Source of the DNA: a virus
Taxonomy: Duplodnaviria; Caudoviricetes
Virus record (IMG/VR): IMGVR_UViG_3300027740_000003
Location: 128,001-192,000 of that record
Direction: 5' to 3' (one strand)
DNA length: 64,000 nt
The translations under genes were made by a program, and so were the position numbers. The notes beneath the pieces are model-generated. The model saw only the letters and a program-made list of their open reading frames with translations, had not been told where the DNA came from and ran no database searches. Below, in pieces: positions 18,332 to 28,076 of this stretch (positions are counted from its first letter, which is position 1; each line of letters opens with the position of its first letter).

Positions 18332-18583
18332 TTATCCCAGATCCTTTCTGTCCAACATAAACTTTTCCATATATTCCCTAATAAGTTCTTCTCTGTCTTT
18401 TGGAAGCTTTCCTCCCCAAACATTGCATAATTCTATTCCAAACATTTCTTCCACACTATCATAGTGTAATAATACCCAAGTCTTAGTAAATTCTTGGCAG
18501 ATCGCCAACCTTAATTCCATCATTAATTCCTTTGAAGAGTCAATTACTAATACTTCATCTCTCTCACCAAGCGGTAGAATCAT
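18332..18583 (-). CDS. hypothetical protein
   Basis: 83-aa ORF. Confidence 0.65.
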   Translation of the reverse strand: MILPLGERDEVLVIDSSKELMMELRLAICQEFTKTWVLLHYDSVEEMFGIELCNVWGGKLPKDREELIREYMEKFMLDRKDLG

Positions 18584-18641
18584 GTGTCCTCATGTGTCTA
18601 TGTAGGTTTACGTTATGCTCTCGGCAGATCTGTGTCCTATT

Positions 18642-18842
18642 TTAGTTTCTCCACAGATCCATTATTCCAGCTTTTTCTACCGACAGTATTCCAGGAACCT
18701 CTAAAAGCAATATGTATTCTTCATTTGATACTTCGGCTGTGAATTTTTCATCACTTGAAGTGATTATATTTATTCCAATTTCCTCCAAAGCATTTTTAAC
18801 ATCTTCAGATTTTCCCTCTTTACAGAATATGTTTATTTTCAC
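18642..18842 (-). CDS. small hypothetical protein (ferredoxin/I9-like pattern)
   Basis: 66-aa ORF, ATGA coupled. Confidence 0.6.
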   Translation of the reverse strand: MKINIFCKEGKSEDVKNALEEIGINIITSSDEKFTAEVSNEEYILLLEVPGILSVEKAGIMDLWRN

Positions 18843-19093
18843 AGCTTGTTCTCCGTTGTTGAACTCAGGCCTTCTATTACTAGAATTCTATTTTCTACCT
18901 CATCGATTAATTTTTTGTCTAAAGAATAATATCTCATTCCTTGGCCTGGAATCATTTTATAAAATCCCGCCATATCTATTCCATTAACCCTAAGTTTTGC
19001 TTTGAACATAGGATAGTCATCGGTTTTAATTTCTATTGAAAAATAGAGTATTAAAACAATAATTAATAGCAAAATTAACCATATATAAATCAT
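18839..19093 (-). CDS. small protein with N-terminal TM helix
   Basis: MIYIWLILLLIIVLILYFSI. Confidence 0.65.
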   Translation of the reverse strand: MIYIWLILLLIIVLILYFSIEIKTDDYPMFKAKLRVNGIDMAGFYKMIPGQGMRYYSLDKKLIDEVENRILVIEGLSSTTENKL

Positions 19094-19275
19094 AATATAA
19101 CCTTTGTAATTTCATTGTTATTAATTTCAACATTAATCATTTCTGGATTAAGAGCTCCAAAGTTAATGCCATTTGATATAGCAACCCGAAACTTCAATCC
19201 GTGATCTCTAACAATTTTGGCTCCTTCTTTGATATTGAGCCCAATAATTTCTTCTGCAATGTGTTCGTAATTCAT
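19090..19275 (-). CDS. small hypothetical protein
   Basis: AAGGAG RBS; IIGL....A......G...RV...RINVE-like pattern. Confidence 0.65.
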   Translation of the reverse strand: MNYEHIAEEIIGLNIKEGAKIVRDHGLKFRVAISNGINFGALNPEMINVEINNNEITKVIL

Positions 19276-19296
19276 TTTCTCTCCTTAAAAACATCA

Positions 19297-19319
19297 ATGG
19301 CCAGCTTCTGGCTGGCCAT
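19297..19319 (-). terminator. intergenic 9-bp hairpin, possible terminator
   Basis: ATGGCCAGC-TTCTG-GCTGGCCAT perfect inverted repeat. Confidence 0.45.
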
Positions 19320-19343
19320 TTGGAATAATTAGATTAACTTCTT

Positions 19344-19772
19344 TTATTCCCGAATAGCCTTCCAAACCAACTCTTCGTTTACATTATATTTTTGTGCCAA
19401 ATCTTTAACTTTATTTCTAAGCAATAATAGTTGTTTTTCTTGTCCGTTTAAAAAATCATTATAACCGTCTGAAAGCACCACCTCTTTTGGTGCAAACTGT
19501 GTTTTTATATTAGATTTGATAATATCGTAATCGTATCCTTTTATTTCATCGTAATTCAAAGCAGTACGCATTATTTTAATATTACATGTAAAAGACCTGT
19601 TAAAATAAAATTCAAAATATAATTTCTTTAATGTCGCAAGCTCTTTTTTGGACAATTTCGTTATTTTTATTAAATCAACAAACTCAACTAATTTAAAAAG
19701 TTTATCAATTGATTCATTCGTCATATTAATTGTTTCTTTTTTACCATCTCTGTCTATCGTTATTTTTGCCAT
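19344..19772 (-). CDS. hypothetical protein
   Basis: 142-aa ORF. Confidence 0.65.
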   Translation of the reverse strand: MAKITIDRDGKKETINMTNESIDKLFKLVEFVDLIKITKLSKKELATLKKLYFEFYFNRSFTCNIKIMRTALNYDEIKGYDYDIIKSNIKTQFAPKEVVLSDGYNDFLNGQEKQLLLLRNKVKDLAQKYNVNEELVWKAIRE

Positions 19773-19780
19773 TGCTCACC

Positions 19781-20104
19781 TTATTCAATCAGATCTTTTA
19801 TTATCTTTTCGTCTTCTGAAAGTGGTACAAATTCTTCTATGGAAGTTTTTTCATACATTCCACATCTTTTGCATGGAATTAGATTTAAACAATATTTGTA
19901 TTTGTCATAATCGTATGATATACAATTGTATGTCAATGACGGGGGGCATTCTTGTTCTATTGTTATTGAATCTGATTTTACATAATATCCCTGGTCAGAA
20001 TTGTTTTTAATTTTAATATGACCAAATATTCTGCATAATAAACGATCCCACCATGTAGGCTCCCTAATTATTATTTTTCCTTTGGAAACTATTTTTACAG
20101 GCAT
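19781..20104 (-). CDS. Zn-finger-like protein with IKDLIE tag
   Basis: LCRIFGH..CKRCG; ends LSEDEKIIKDLIE. Confidence 0.8.
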   Translation of the reverse strand: MPVKIVSKGKIIIREPTWWDRLLCRIFGHIKIKNNSDQGYYVKSDSITIEQECPPSLTYNCISYDYDKYKYCLNLIPCKRCGMYEKTSIEEFVPLSEDEKIIKDLIE

Positions 20105-20592
20105 GTTGGATCAATTCTATGTATTTTATACTCGGGCCTAACTTTCTGTTGCTTCTGAGCATATCTTATTGTTCCATAAGTTCCACCTTTTTCAATACCA
20201 TTCCATACAGCTAATAAACAATCAGAATTATCTATAATCCACCTATCACGAGTATGCATCTTTTCTGGTGCATATGAACCAGGCGATACTATAACTACCT
20301 TTTCTGCAAGGCTTAATAAATGTTTAAATATGCGCTTGGTATCATCTGGCCACATCGAATCCTGACCTTCAAATGGTACTGCTGCTATAAAAGGTATATT
20401 TAGTTCTATTGCTGCCCAACAGGAAATTGTGTCAGTCCCCAGCGCCATTCCAGATATAATCTTTTCCGGAGATAATTCGTGGAACTTGTCTACGATTGCT
20501 TTGTAAACTTTATCATATACAGGATTGGGAATTTCATATCCACATCCAAGTCCGGGGGGCCGATGACCAGAGATGCCAACAATATTACTCAT
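20095..20592 (-). CDS. SLOG superfamily protein (YspA/DUF1273-like)
   Basis: ISGHRP, ISGMALGTD, AAVPF..Q...W, RDRWIIDNS..LLAVWNG..GGT..TI.YA. Confidence 0.9.
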   Translation of the reverse strand: MSNIVGISGHRPPGLGCGYEIPNPVYDKVYKAIVDKFHELSPEKIISGMALGTDTISCWAAIELNIPFIAAVPFEGQDSMWPDDTKRIFKHLLSLAEKVVIVSPGSYAPEKMHTRDRWIIDNSDCLLAVWNGIEKGGTYGTIRYAQKQQKVRPEYKIHRIDPTCL

Positions 20593-20687
20593 TTATTTCC
20601 TATCTGGGTGCGTATGGTACAAAATGATTCCCAACAACACTCCTGCTGTTAACATTATTATTACAAAAAAATGATGTTGGCATTTTG

Positions 20688-20760
20688 TGGCTCTGAGTGT
20701 AGTCGAAACACTGATCGGGTTTTTAGAGAACCCTGCTTTAGACCGCTAAGCTACAGAGCC
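20688..20760 (-). tRNA. tRNA with CUA anticodon (amber suppressor)
   Basis: GGCTCTG/CAGAGCC-A acceptor, GCTT/AAGC D-arm, GGGTT-CTCTAAA-AACCC anticodon arm, AGTGT-TTCGACT-ACACT T-arm; all stems perfect. Confidence 0.9.
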
Positions 20761-20763
20761 ATT

Positions 20764-20786
20764 TGATCACCATTTTATGGTGATCA
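20764..20786. repeat. 10-bp perfect inverted repeat between PTH2-like gene and CUA tRNA
   Basis: TGATCACCAT-TTT-ATGGTGATCA. Confidence 0.7.
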
Positions 20787-20791
20787 TTTGT

Positions 20792-21124
20792 TCACTTGCT
20801 CATTGCTAATGGTAATTTCCTTAACAATCTCTTTGCAGCGTCTCCTGGTTCAAAAGCCACTGCTGTTATCTGATTGTTTAAATCTGGCTCCCTAAACACA
20901 GAATATCTTATTTCTTTGCTTGCCGCAATATCTGTGAAATAAGATAACTGTGATTCATTTTCACATTCTAGGACAGCTAGATAATCAGAGTCTAAATGCC
21001 ACTCTTCTGTTATTTCCGTATGTTCTTTTGCAAATAGAAGAGCAGCATGAATCCCTTGAGCTAACATTGCTCCTGGTTTTATGTCTTTACGTATTACTAC
21101 ATAAAGTTTAGTTCCCTAAATCAT
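20792..21124 (-). CDS. peptidyl-tRNA hydrolase 2 (PTH2)-like protein with in-frame TAG at codon 3
   Basis: ATG ATT TAG GGA ACT AAA CTT TAT GTA GTA ATA CGT AAA GAC = MI*GTKLYVVIRKD, then AQGIHAAL, FREPDLNNQITAVAF, KLPL. Confidence 0.75.
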
Positions 21125-21462
21125 GCCGCCACCTCTTCAATTTTAGTAGCGTACTTAGCAAAAACCCAGGCTCTAATTTCTTCTCTCAGATTCCCGTCTT
21201 TGAGAAATTCTTGGAAAGATAAATCATATCCTTCGTATTTTCCAAAGTAATATACATCATTACATATACTATATATTAGACAAGAAAGAAAACTATTTCT
21301 TCCTATTTCTGGAAAATTATCTTCATTTATTTTTCTTTCAAGTTTCACATATGCAGCTCCTCTTAGGAACGCATAAGCAAGAGCTTGAGTTCTAGATAAA
21401 TAATGATGTTTCTTTGCTAGATTTTTAAATACCTTCAGCGCTTCTTTTTTATCAAATGTCAT
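21121..21462 (-). CDS. hypothetical protein upstream of PTH2-like gene
   Basis: R..ALAYAFLRG..Y..LE motif; TGA overlaps next ATG. Confidence 0.7.
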   Translation of the reverse strand: MTFDKKEALKVFKNLAKKHHYLSRTQALAYAFLRGAAYVKLERKINEDNFPEIGRNSFLSCLIYSICNDVYYFGKYEGYDLSFQEFLKDGNLREEIRAWVFAKYATKIEEVAA

Positions 21463-21741
21463 CACGAAACCTCCTTGTCTCGATTTACAAGGTATCGAGC
21501 TACCTTTGTAGGGTATAGTCAAACAAATATACCAAAAACAATTATTGAATTAACTATTTCTAAGGAGGGCCACGAATATTAATCTACGCCATTTTAAATA
21601 CCTTTAACCTTTCTGACAGCTTAGCTGTCAATCATATTCCTAATTATTCCCAGCTTCCTCGACATGTACATGGAAAATGTTTCTTTTATTCCTAGGAACG
21701 GCCTATTACTATATACCCTGTGTCCTTGGAATAAAACTTTT

Positions 21742-22176
21742 TCATAGTGGCACTTTATATGGTTTTTGATAGACATATTTATACCAATAACATTTAGAAC
21801 AATGTATTAGTGCTGCAAATTTATAATAGCTTTCATTTTTACCTGTGTGTTTCTTGTTAATCGGAATAATTTTATTGTTATTGGCTATTTTTATATTATG
21901 TTTAAGTTCTCCTATAATTCTTCCTTTAGCTTTAACTTCTGATAAATTATCATCTATTTCGTCAATAATGAAAACGGAATATTTATATATGTTTCTATTG
22001 TTATTGATTCTGCTAAACGATTCTTCTATGCCACAATCATAATCTTGATATTTGCCCATTTTACATTTATAATCTTTAATTTCTAATAAAGAAAAAGTTT
22101 CAGATCCGCAGTAGGGACAACGATATTGCCCTTGTTTCAATTTGGTTAAACTAATTTGGGCTTGAAAATTATTCAA
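21742..22176 (-). CDS. CxxC-containing hypothetical protein
   Basis: CPYCGS...CSKC; TTG start. Confidence 0.6.
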   Translation of the reverse strand: MNNFQAQISLTKLKQGQYRCPYCGSETFSLLEIKDYKCKMGKYQDYDCGIEESFSRINNNRNIYKYSVFIIDEIDDNLSEVKAKGRIIGELKHNIKIANNNKIIPINKKHTGKNESYYKFAALIHCSKCYWYKYVYQKPYKVPL

Positions 22177-22650
22177 TGATATCCTTTATCATCAAATTGA
22201 CTAATATCTCTTGTTCAAATTCTTTCCAATCTGGACATAATAATATTATTGCAATATCATATCTAGATTGTTCTATTGCAGTTTTTTGAACTTCTTTTGA
22301 AGGATTGTTTATAAATTGAACAGATCGGGAGGATTCTTTATAAATCGAATAGAGCTTCCATTTTGTTTAACCGCTAATAATTGCATTTCCTTTGAAGGGT
22401 TCTTTATAAGTTGAATAGAATATCCATATTGTTTAACTGCTTCTAATTGTGCTTCTTTAGAAGGGTTCTTTATATATTGAATAGACCATCCACTTCGTTT
22501 AATAGCTTCTAATTGTACTTCTTTAGAAGGATTTTTTATATATCGAATAGAATATTCATCTTGTTTAACTGCTTTTAAACACTCTGATTCATTTTCTGGA
22601 TCGAACCCTAGTTTGTTTATAATAAATTTTTTGATTGATGTATTAGTCAT
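22169..22650 (-). pseudogene. DUF4116-like 22-aa repeat protein, frameshifted near 22320
   Basis: repeats SKEVQLEAVKQ..SIQYIKNP break out of frame; second frame continues ..CPDWKEFEQEILVNLMIKDIIE*. Confidence 0.8.
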
Positions 22651-23119
22651 CTTGGGGCCTTTTAACAATATATGTTTTAACACCTGATTTGTCTGCAAAA
22701 TCATCAATGGCTTTTAGATACCAATCCCAATCTCCACCAGCCAAACCACACCCAATTTTATAAGGAAAAGCAATAGACTGCAAACCATTAATACAAGATA
22801 TGTTTGTCAAACAACATATGAACCATAATTGGCGCATATCTGGTGTCTCGTTAAATTTTATACTATTCATAGAATATCTTCCCGACGGACCGGGATAAAA
22901 TTGTCCCATTGCATTAATTACATGTTTTTTTATGTAAATATATCCTGGCTTGTGCCAATAATTACTATTAGATCTTTCTTTATATATATTTGTTTCTGGC
23001 CATTTATCAAAAATAGCCCTAGCTATTCCGCTTGCTCCAGAAGAAACACAGTTGGTTTGATGCACAATATATTGCATCGTTGATTCTAAAAGATCACCTT
23101 CTATTTGTTTTGTTGGCAT
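22643..23119 (-). CDS. macro domain (Appr-1''-p processing) protein
   Basis: IEGDLLE, IVHQTNC.S.GASGIA, IAFPYKIGCGLAGGDW. Confidence 0.9.
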   Translation of the reverse strand: MPTKQIEGDLLESTMQYIVHQTNCVSSGASGIARAIFDKWPETNIYKERSNSNYWHKPGYIYIKKHVINAMGQFYPGPSGRYSMNSIKFNETPDMRQLWFICCLTNISCINGLQSIAFPYKIGCGLAGGDWDWYLKAIDDFADKSGVKTYIVKRPQDD

Positions 23120-23127
23120 TGTAAACC

Positions 23128-23290
23128 TTATAGTATTATGTCTCTTATCATTGCTTCATCTTCTGTTAGTTGAATAAAAAATGCCTCTGTTATCTATTGC
23201 GACACATTTGAATAATATATTATATTTTGTTAAGTGAAAATAATTTTTACATTCATCGTTAAGACAATAGTATTTTCCATCTTCAATCAT
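23128..23290 (-). pseudogene. small tagged ORF with frameshift at T6
   Basis: MIEDGKYYC... frame stops at RR*; +1 frame reads ..IQLTEDEAMIRDIIL*. Confidence 0.55.
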
Positions 23291-23538
23291 TGAATTATGT
23301 CTTTAATAACCATTTCTTCATCAGAGAGACATGGTATATCAGAAAATATTTTATATTTTAAAGCCAAAAGTAATTTTTCAGCCAATTCTGAATCTGGGTC
23401 ATTTTTAATTTTTTCTTTAATATCTTTGAATAAATCAACATTATTTTTAATAAATAATTTTGTTATATCTGTAATATTTACATCACACCTTAAACATTTT
23501 CCTGCTTTGTTCCAAATATGTTCAATTGGTTTTTTCAT
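23287..23538 (-). CDS. H-CxxC-C protein with IKDIIQ tag
   Basis: HIW..KCLRC; ends PCLSDEEMVIKDIIQ. Confidence 0.8.
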   Translation of the reverse strand: MKKPIEHIWNKAGKCLRCDVNITDITKLFIKNNVDLFKDIKEKIKNDPDSELAEKLLLALKYKIFSDIPCLSDEEMVIKDIIQ

Positions 23539-23800
23539 TAGTTTTCCTCGGGAAATATTTATAATAAATCAGAATGATAACAATTGCAATATTTAAAATA
23601 TAATTCGACAATTGTATTGTATCAAAATCTTTAAACAAAACATATATAATGTAAAAAACCTCTCCCCAAAACCAAAGCCACAAGAAGGCATGACTAATTC
23701 CTTCTGAATGACCATCTTTAATAGATTTGATCATTTGAGGAAAGCCACAGATAGCAAGAAGAATTGTGCCTATCCAGCCAATTATTCCAATGTTAATCAT
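23522..23800 (-). CDS. PQ-loop (SemiSWEET-like) membrane protein
   Basis: IGWIG.ILL.IC.FPQ..KS.K....EGIS..F; three TM helices. Confidence 0.85.
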   Translation of the reverse strand: MINIGIIGWIGTILLAICGFPQMIKSIKDGHSEGISHAFLWLWFWGEVFYIIYVLFKDFDTIQLSNYILNIAIVIILIYYKYFPRKTNEKTN

Positions 23801-23964
23801 CTTTTATTTTGTTCCAAATTCGGAACTTCTGCATCCTAAGTTCTAGGGACAGTCTTCGCAGCTCCTCGGCAAGATCTTCTGCTTTTTCAAGAGTCTCAAG
23901 TAATTCTTTATATTCTTCCTTGGTTAGAACAATATATTCTTTTGTCATCTGTAATTATATCATT

Positions 23965-24340
23965 CTATTCTATTATATCTTTTATCATCATGTTGTCTAG
24001 TATCTCTTGTTCAAATTCTTTCCAATCAGGACATAATGCTATTATTGCAATATCATATCTAGATTTCTCTATGGCCTCTAATTGAACTTTTTTTGTAGGA
24101 TTATTTATATATCGAATATTAAATTCATTTATTTTAATAGCTTCTAGTTGTGCTTGTTCTGAGGGATCTTTCATATATACGATAGAAAAAAAAGCTCTGT
24201 TTAACAGCCGCTAGTTGTTCTTGTTCTGAAGGATTTTTTATATATCGAATATTGTGTGCTTCTCGTTTAATGTTTGTAAAACAATCCAATTCATTTTCTG
24301 GATCGAAGCCTAAATGTTTTATAATCATTTCTTTTAACAT
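23965..24340 (-). pseudogene. DUF4116-like repeat protein, frameshifted at T8 (24186-24193)
   Basis: removing one T joins KQSFFSIVYMKDPSEQ..CPDWKEFEQEILDNMMIKDIIE. Confidence 0.8.
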
Positions 24341-24345
24341 AACAA

Positions 24346-24585
24346 TTAATAGCCCTTTATATAAGGAAATACAACATCTTCTAAATTAATAGAACTACAA
24401 ATTTCTCTCTCTAATTTTTCTATGACATCCATTTGTTGACAATCTTTTAGAGCTAATTTTTCCTCTTCAGGATAATATTGCCCAGCGTGGAAGAACTGTC
24501 CATTTTTGTATATGGCAACTCCACATCCTTTTTCTTTTAGACGGATATCAAACTTGTTGTCCCCAATGTAGACGATCTTGGTCAT
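24346..24585 (-). CDS. hypothetical protein
   Basis: 79-aa ORF. Confidence 0.6.
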   Translation of the reverse strand: MTKIVYIGDNKFDIRLKEKGCGVAIYKNGQFFHAGQYYPEEEKLALKDCQQMDVIEKLEREICSSINLEDVVFPYIKGY

Positions 24586-24601
24586 ATTCCGACATTCCTA
24601 T

Positions 24602-25363
24602 ATGTATGGTTCCATCCTAAGGCTCTCTGAGCTCTTTGTCAAGCTGGCAGAAGAACTGGCTACGGTAGATTCGGCTAAAGTAAGATATCCTTCTGTTCTT
24701 CCTGAACTTAATCCAGAATTGCTTGATGATAAAATAAAAGAAATTTTAAAAAGAAAGCAATTTAATTATGATGAATTTTCAGAATTACAAACCATAAAAG
24801 AAGTAAAAGAATATATAGATTCAACATTGTTCCCGATTTTCAGTGCGGGAAAGCAAAAAAGAGGAACTTCTAGAATGGCCTATGGCCTTGAAGATAATGT
24901 TTTAAAAGTAGCTATTAATCAGGCGGGGATCGCTCAGAACAACATGGAAGCTAGGATACAAAACAGAAGCGAATTATTTACTAAAGTTTTTGATATGCAC
25001 CCCCGAGCCCTTTGGATAATTGTTGAGAAAGTTTACCCATTTGAAAATATAGACGAATTTGAACATCATACGGGAATTCCAAAAAATCTGTTTAGTAGCA
25101 AATGGCTTTACGATGTTATACGTTATAAATTTACAAAAAGCAATATTAAAAATCTTAAAAAATATAATCTATCAGATGATGCTATTAAAACACTAATAGA
25201 GATTGGTGATATTATTAATTTGGGTGTTATTTATGGTGATGCAAGAAACCCTGAACATTGGGGTTTAAATAAATTTGGAGATTTAAAATTATTTGATTTT
25301 GGATTAGACTCTACAATGCATTCTAATTTTTATACACATGAAGGTTTTTTGAAGGATGAGTGA
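24602..25363 (+). CDS. protein-kinase-like fold protein (paralog of 3025-3909)
   Basis: GTSRMAY, VLKVA.NQAGIAQN..E, GD..NPEHWG, LFDFG; N-terminal ILRLSELFVKLA. Confidence 0.7.
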   Translation: MYGSILRLSELFVKLAEELATVDSAKVRYPSVLPELNPELLDDKIKEILKRKQFNYDEFSELQTIKEVKEYIDSTLFPIFSAGKQKRGTSRMAYGLEDNVLKVAINQAGIAQNNMEARIQNRSELFTKVFDMHPRALWIIVEKVYPFENIDEFEHHTGIPKNLFSSKWLYDVIRYKFTKSNIKNLKKYNLSDDAIKTLIEIGDIINLGVIYGDARNPEHWGLNKFGDLKLFDFGLDSTMHSNFYTHEGFLKDE

Positions 25364-25394
25364 ATAATTTAATATTAAGACTGAGGACTAAAAT

Positions 25395-25772
25395 ATGGAC
25401 AAAAAGGCTCAAGCACATACAAACACTGTTAATTATGGACCTGTTTCTTCTGGAACCGGACGGCCTGAGGGAAATGCTTCTCCTGCAACGTCAACTGAAA
25501 GAAGTAATGTATCAGAGCTTACATATGCTTTAAAAACAATTATAAGAGCTCTTCAGTCTGGACAACAGGATAAAGCCCAAAGGCTTTGGGAAGCTAATAA
25601 AGAAGCTTTTATAAAAGAAGTGCAGAATGCTTTAGATCCTAATAGCATGGTTGGTCAACAGGACAAAGAACTTGTTAACAATACTATTCCAAAAGCTTGG
25701 ATAAAAACAGCTTCAAAAATAGCTAGCTTAGCATCAGAATTTGAACTAAAATATCTTGGTAAAAAAAAGTAA
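25395..25772 (+). CDS. hypothetical protein
   Basis: C-terminal KTASKIASLASEFELKY motif. Confidence 0.7.
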   Translation: MDKKAQAHTNTVNYGPVSSGTGRPEGNASPATSTERSNVSELTYALKTIIRALQSGQQDKAQRLWEANKEAFIKEVQNALDPNSMVGQQDKELVNNTIPKAWIKTASKIASLASEFELKYLGKKK

Positions 25773-26025
25773 TCTGACCAAGCTAGCAGAGTTTAATCAT
25801 CCAGGAGCTGATTTTGTTAATGCATTTGAAAGCCGAATAAGCGAAGCTTTATACAGTATGGCTGAAGGCATTCAGGTTTTAATAGAAAGTATAGAAAATG
25901 ATTTTAATAGTTTGCCTGAAGATAAACAAATAAAAGTAAAAAGAATAGAAAAACAAAAAATTGATCTATTAACTGGTTTGGCTAAACAAATGGAACCATT
26001 AGATAATGAAGAAACTTCTATCTAG
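25756..26025 (+). CDS. hypothetical protein
   Basis: 89-aa ORF, NLTKLAEF. Confidence 0.6.
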   Translation: MVKKSNLTKLAEFNHPGADFVNAFESRISEALYSMAEGIQVLIESIENDFNSLPEDKQIKVKRIEKQKIDLLTGLAKQMEPLDNEETSI

Positions 26026-26161
26026 GAATCCCTCTAAGCACATACTAGAAAATACTCTTTTAGAGGATAATCAAAATAAAATATATTTCCAATGGAAATT
26101 GGAAACATTGGTTGAATTATAAGATCCGATATTTTAAACATAGTATTTAAAGTTATTTGTT

Positions 26162-26413
26162 TCATTCGATTATGTCTTTTATCACTAATTCATCACACGA
26201 TAGCTCGTTTCCTACCAATGTCCACGTCCACTTATCTCTTTTTGATATAAAAAGATTATATTCTAAATCATTTGTGTCGCAAATTATACCACATTTTTTA
26301 CATGTATATATTGTTGACGGACATTCTATATTTTCTTCCAAACTATTATAACAGAAAACAAAACTATGATCTGAATCATTTGGCGGTTCAAACAATGGTG
26401 ATTCAGCATTCAT
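26162..26413 (-). CDS. H-CxxC-C zinc-finger protein with IKDIIE tag
   Basis: DHSF..YTCKKCG..LSCDELVIKDIIE. Confidence 0.85.
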   Translation of the reverse strand: MNAESPLFEPPNDSDHSFVFCYNSLEENIECPSTIYTCKKCGIICDTNDLEYNLFISKRDKWTWTLVGNELSCDELVIKDIIE

Positions 26414-26634
26414 TCAATTATATCCTTTATCATCATTTCGTCGCATGACAAATAGTTTTTCGGAAAACAACCCAAACCATCAATTGTAATTTGTATTTTA
26501 CATTTTGAACATTCATATGAGGAGCCCGAAAATAATATAAGCCCATCCACATAATCATGATTTTTAATCAAAACTAAATCATGTCCTTTTTTATCATAGC
26601 TAAATTTTAAAATAGGCTCTTTAATTTTGTTCAT
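26410..26634 (-). CDS. H-CxxC-C zinc-finger protein with IKDIIE tag
   Basis: GHDL..YECSKC..LSCDEMMIKDIIE; start at TAATG overlap. Confidence 0.85.
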   Translation of the reverse strand: MNKIKEPILKFSYDKKGHDLVLIKNHDYVDGLILFSGSSYECSKCKIQITIDGLGCFPKNYLSCDEMMIKDIIE

Positions 26635-26918
26635 TATTCTATTATATCTTTTATCATCATTTCTAAACAAGATAATCCATATGTGTTCCCATTATGACCA
26701 TAATAACTATGACACAAAAACACATCATCAAAACCTTCAACCTCTTCCTCTATCATTAGAATAACTCCACATTTTTTACATTTATAAAATGATTGTTTGT
26801 CGTCTGGCCCACAAAGAAAAGAAATACTCCAATTAATATCTACGAACTCACAATTATTTGAAATGAAAATAAATTCATGATCTGTTTTAATAGGTGGATC
26901 AAAATTAGGCTTATCCAT
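26634..26918 (-). CDS. H-CxxC-C zinc-finger protein with IKDIIE tag
   Basis: DHEF..YKCKKCG..LSCLEMMIKDIIE. Confidence 0.85.
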   Translation of the reverse strand: MDKPNFDPPIKTDHEFIFISNNCEFVDINWSISFLCGPDDKQSFYKCKKCGVILMIEEEVEGFDDVFLCHSYYGHNGNTYGLSCLEMMIKDIIE

Positions 26919-26920
26919 AT

Positions 26921-27157
26921 CTACTCTATTATGTCTTTTATTATTACTTCGGCACAACTCAAAATTTCATTTTTATAAATTCTCCCCCTAGAACAAAACT
27001 TGGGATAAAAATGAAAACTATCTCTTTTAAAATCAATTCTAATTTTTGAAACACATTTCGCACATTCGTACCAAACTACATTGTTGGTAAATCTGCCAAG
27101 CTCAACAAGTACATGATCTTGTGCAATATTGTTGGGAACAATATATTTTTTAATCAT
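26921..27157 (-). CDS. H-CxxC-C zinc-finger protein with IKDIIE tag (TAG stop)
   Basis: DHVL..YECAKC..LSCAEVIIKDIIE. Confidence 0.85.
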   Translation of the reverse strand: MIKKYIVPNNIAQDHVLVELGRFTNNVVWYECAKCVSKIRIDFKRDSFHFYPKFCSRGRIYKNEILSCAEVIIKDIIE

Positions 27158-27720
27158 CTGCTTGCTTTCAAAAACATTTCAGATAATTCAACAATGCTGT
27201 CAGAACTCTTCTTCTCAACACCAAGAGAGAATGGGAAATTAACAAATATCTCTGAATCTGCTTCGTCTCCACCAAATAATGCAATCTGGTTTATCATGAA
27301 CTTTGCCTTGGTTGGTAGCCTCAAATTCTTTTGCCTCTTCTTATTAAAAGATAATGTAATGTGAGGTTTGTACTCATCATGGTCATTACTGTATTCTACT
27401 TTGTTCTTATCAAGTAATTTGCGAATCTTTTCTCGAATCTCGAGAAGTTTCTCTGATTTAACTTCGGCAATAATTGGGTATTCCTTTTTATCCTCTCCTT
27501 TGGGAAAGGAGGTTATCTTTCCGACAGTAGCCTCAAATGGCCTAACGTCCTCAACCACTTTATGTATAATAGGAATTATATCTAATATAGTATCTAAAGA
27601 TATCTCATCTCCTAGATAGAATAAAGTAATGTGGTCAGAAGGGTCTCTGTGTCCATCTATATCAATTTCTCTAAAAAGACGGGACACATCAGGTGATATT
27701 GGAACTGCTATCATTGCCAT
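27154..27720 (-). CDS. 2H phosphoesterase (2'-5' RNA ligase/ThpR family)
   Basis: two HITL motifs; C-terminal IVELSEMFLKA. Confidence 0.9.
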   Translation of the reverse strand: MAMIAVPISPDVSRLFREIDIDGHRDPSDHITLFYLGDEISLDTILDIIPIIHKVVEDVRPFEATVGKITSFPKGEDKKEYPIIAEVKSEKLLEIREKIRKLLDKNKVEYSNDHDEYKPHITLSFNKKRQKNLRLPTKAKFMINQIALFGGDEADSEIFVNFPFSLGVEKKSSDSIVELSEMFLKASR

Positions 27721-27889
27721 GATTTAATGCAAGAATATTATGCGCAAACAATAAAATATTCCTCCTCCAAAATATGTCTTCTAGCAATTCCTTGATAAGG
27801 AAGAGATGGTTTAACTTTAGTCTTTGGTTTTTTACCAGAAATATCTATGTCTCTAGGATAATCTATTATTAGAAATGGTTTTTTCACAG

Positions 27890-27976
27890 AGGAAGGCAGA
27901 GAATTCGAATCTCACTGATTTTACTCAGCCCACCGGTTTCGAGCCGGGTACAGCGAACCTGTCTGTTTTACCTTCC
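27890..27976 (-). tRNA. tRNA-Ser(CGA)
   Basis: GGAAGGT/TGCCTTCC acceptor, CCGG-CTCGAAA-CCGG, long variable arm, TTCGAAT. Confidence 0.8.
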
Positions 27977-27986
27977 ATAGATACGG

Positions 27987-28070
27987 AGGAAAGCATCGGA
28001 GTCGGACCGAATGCCTTTCGGCACATTCTGTTTAGCAAACAGATGAACAACCACTTGTTCTTTACTTTCC
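27987..28070 (-). tRNA. tRNA-Ser(GCT)
   Basis: TCTGT-TTGCTAA-ACAGA, long variable arm GTGCCGAAAGGCAT. Confidence 0.8.
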
Positions 28071-28076
28071 ATTTAG

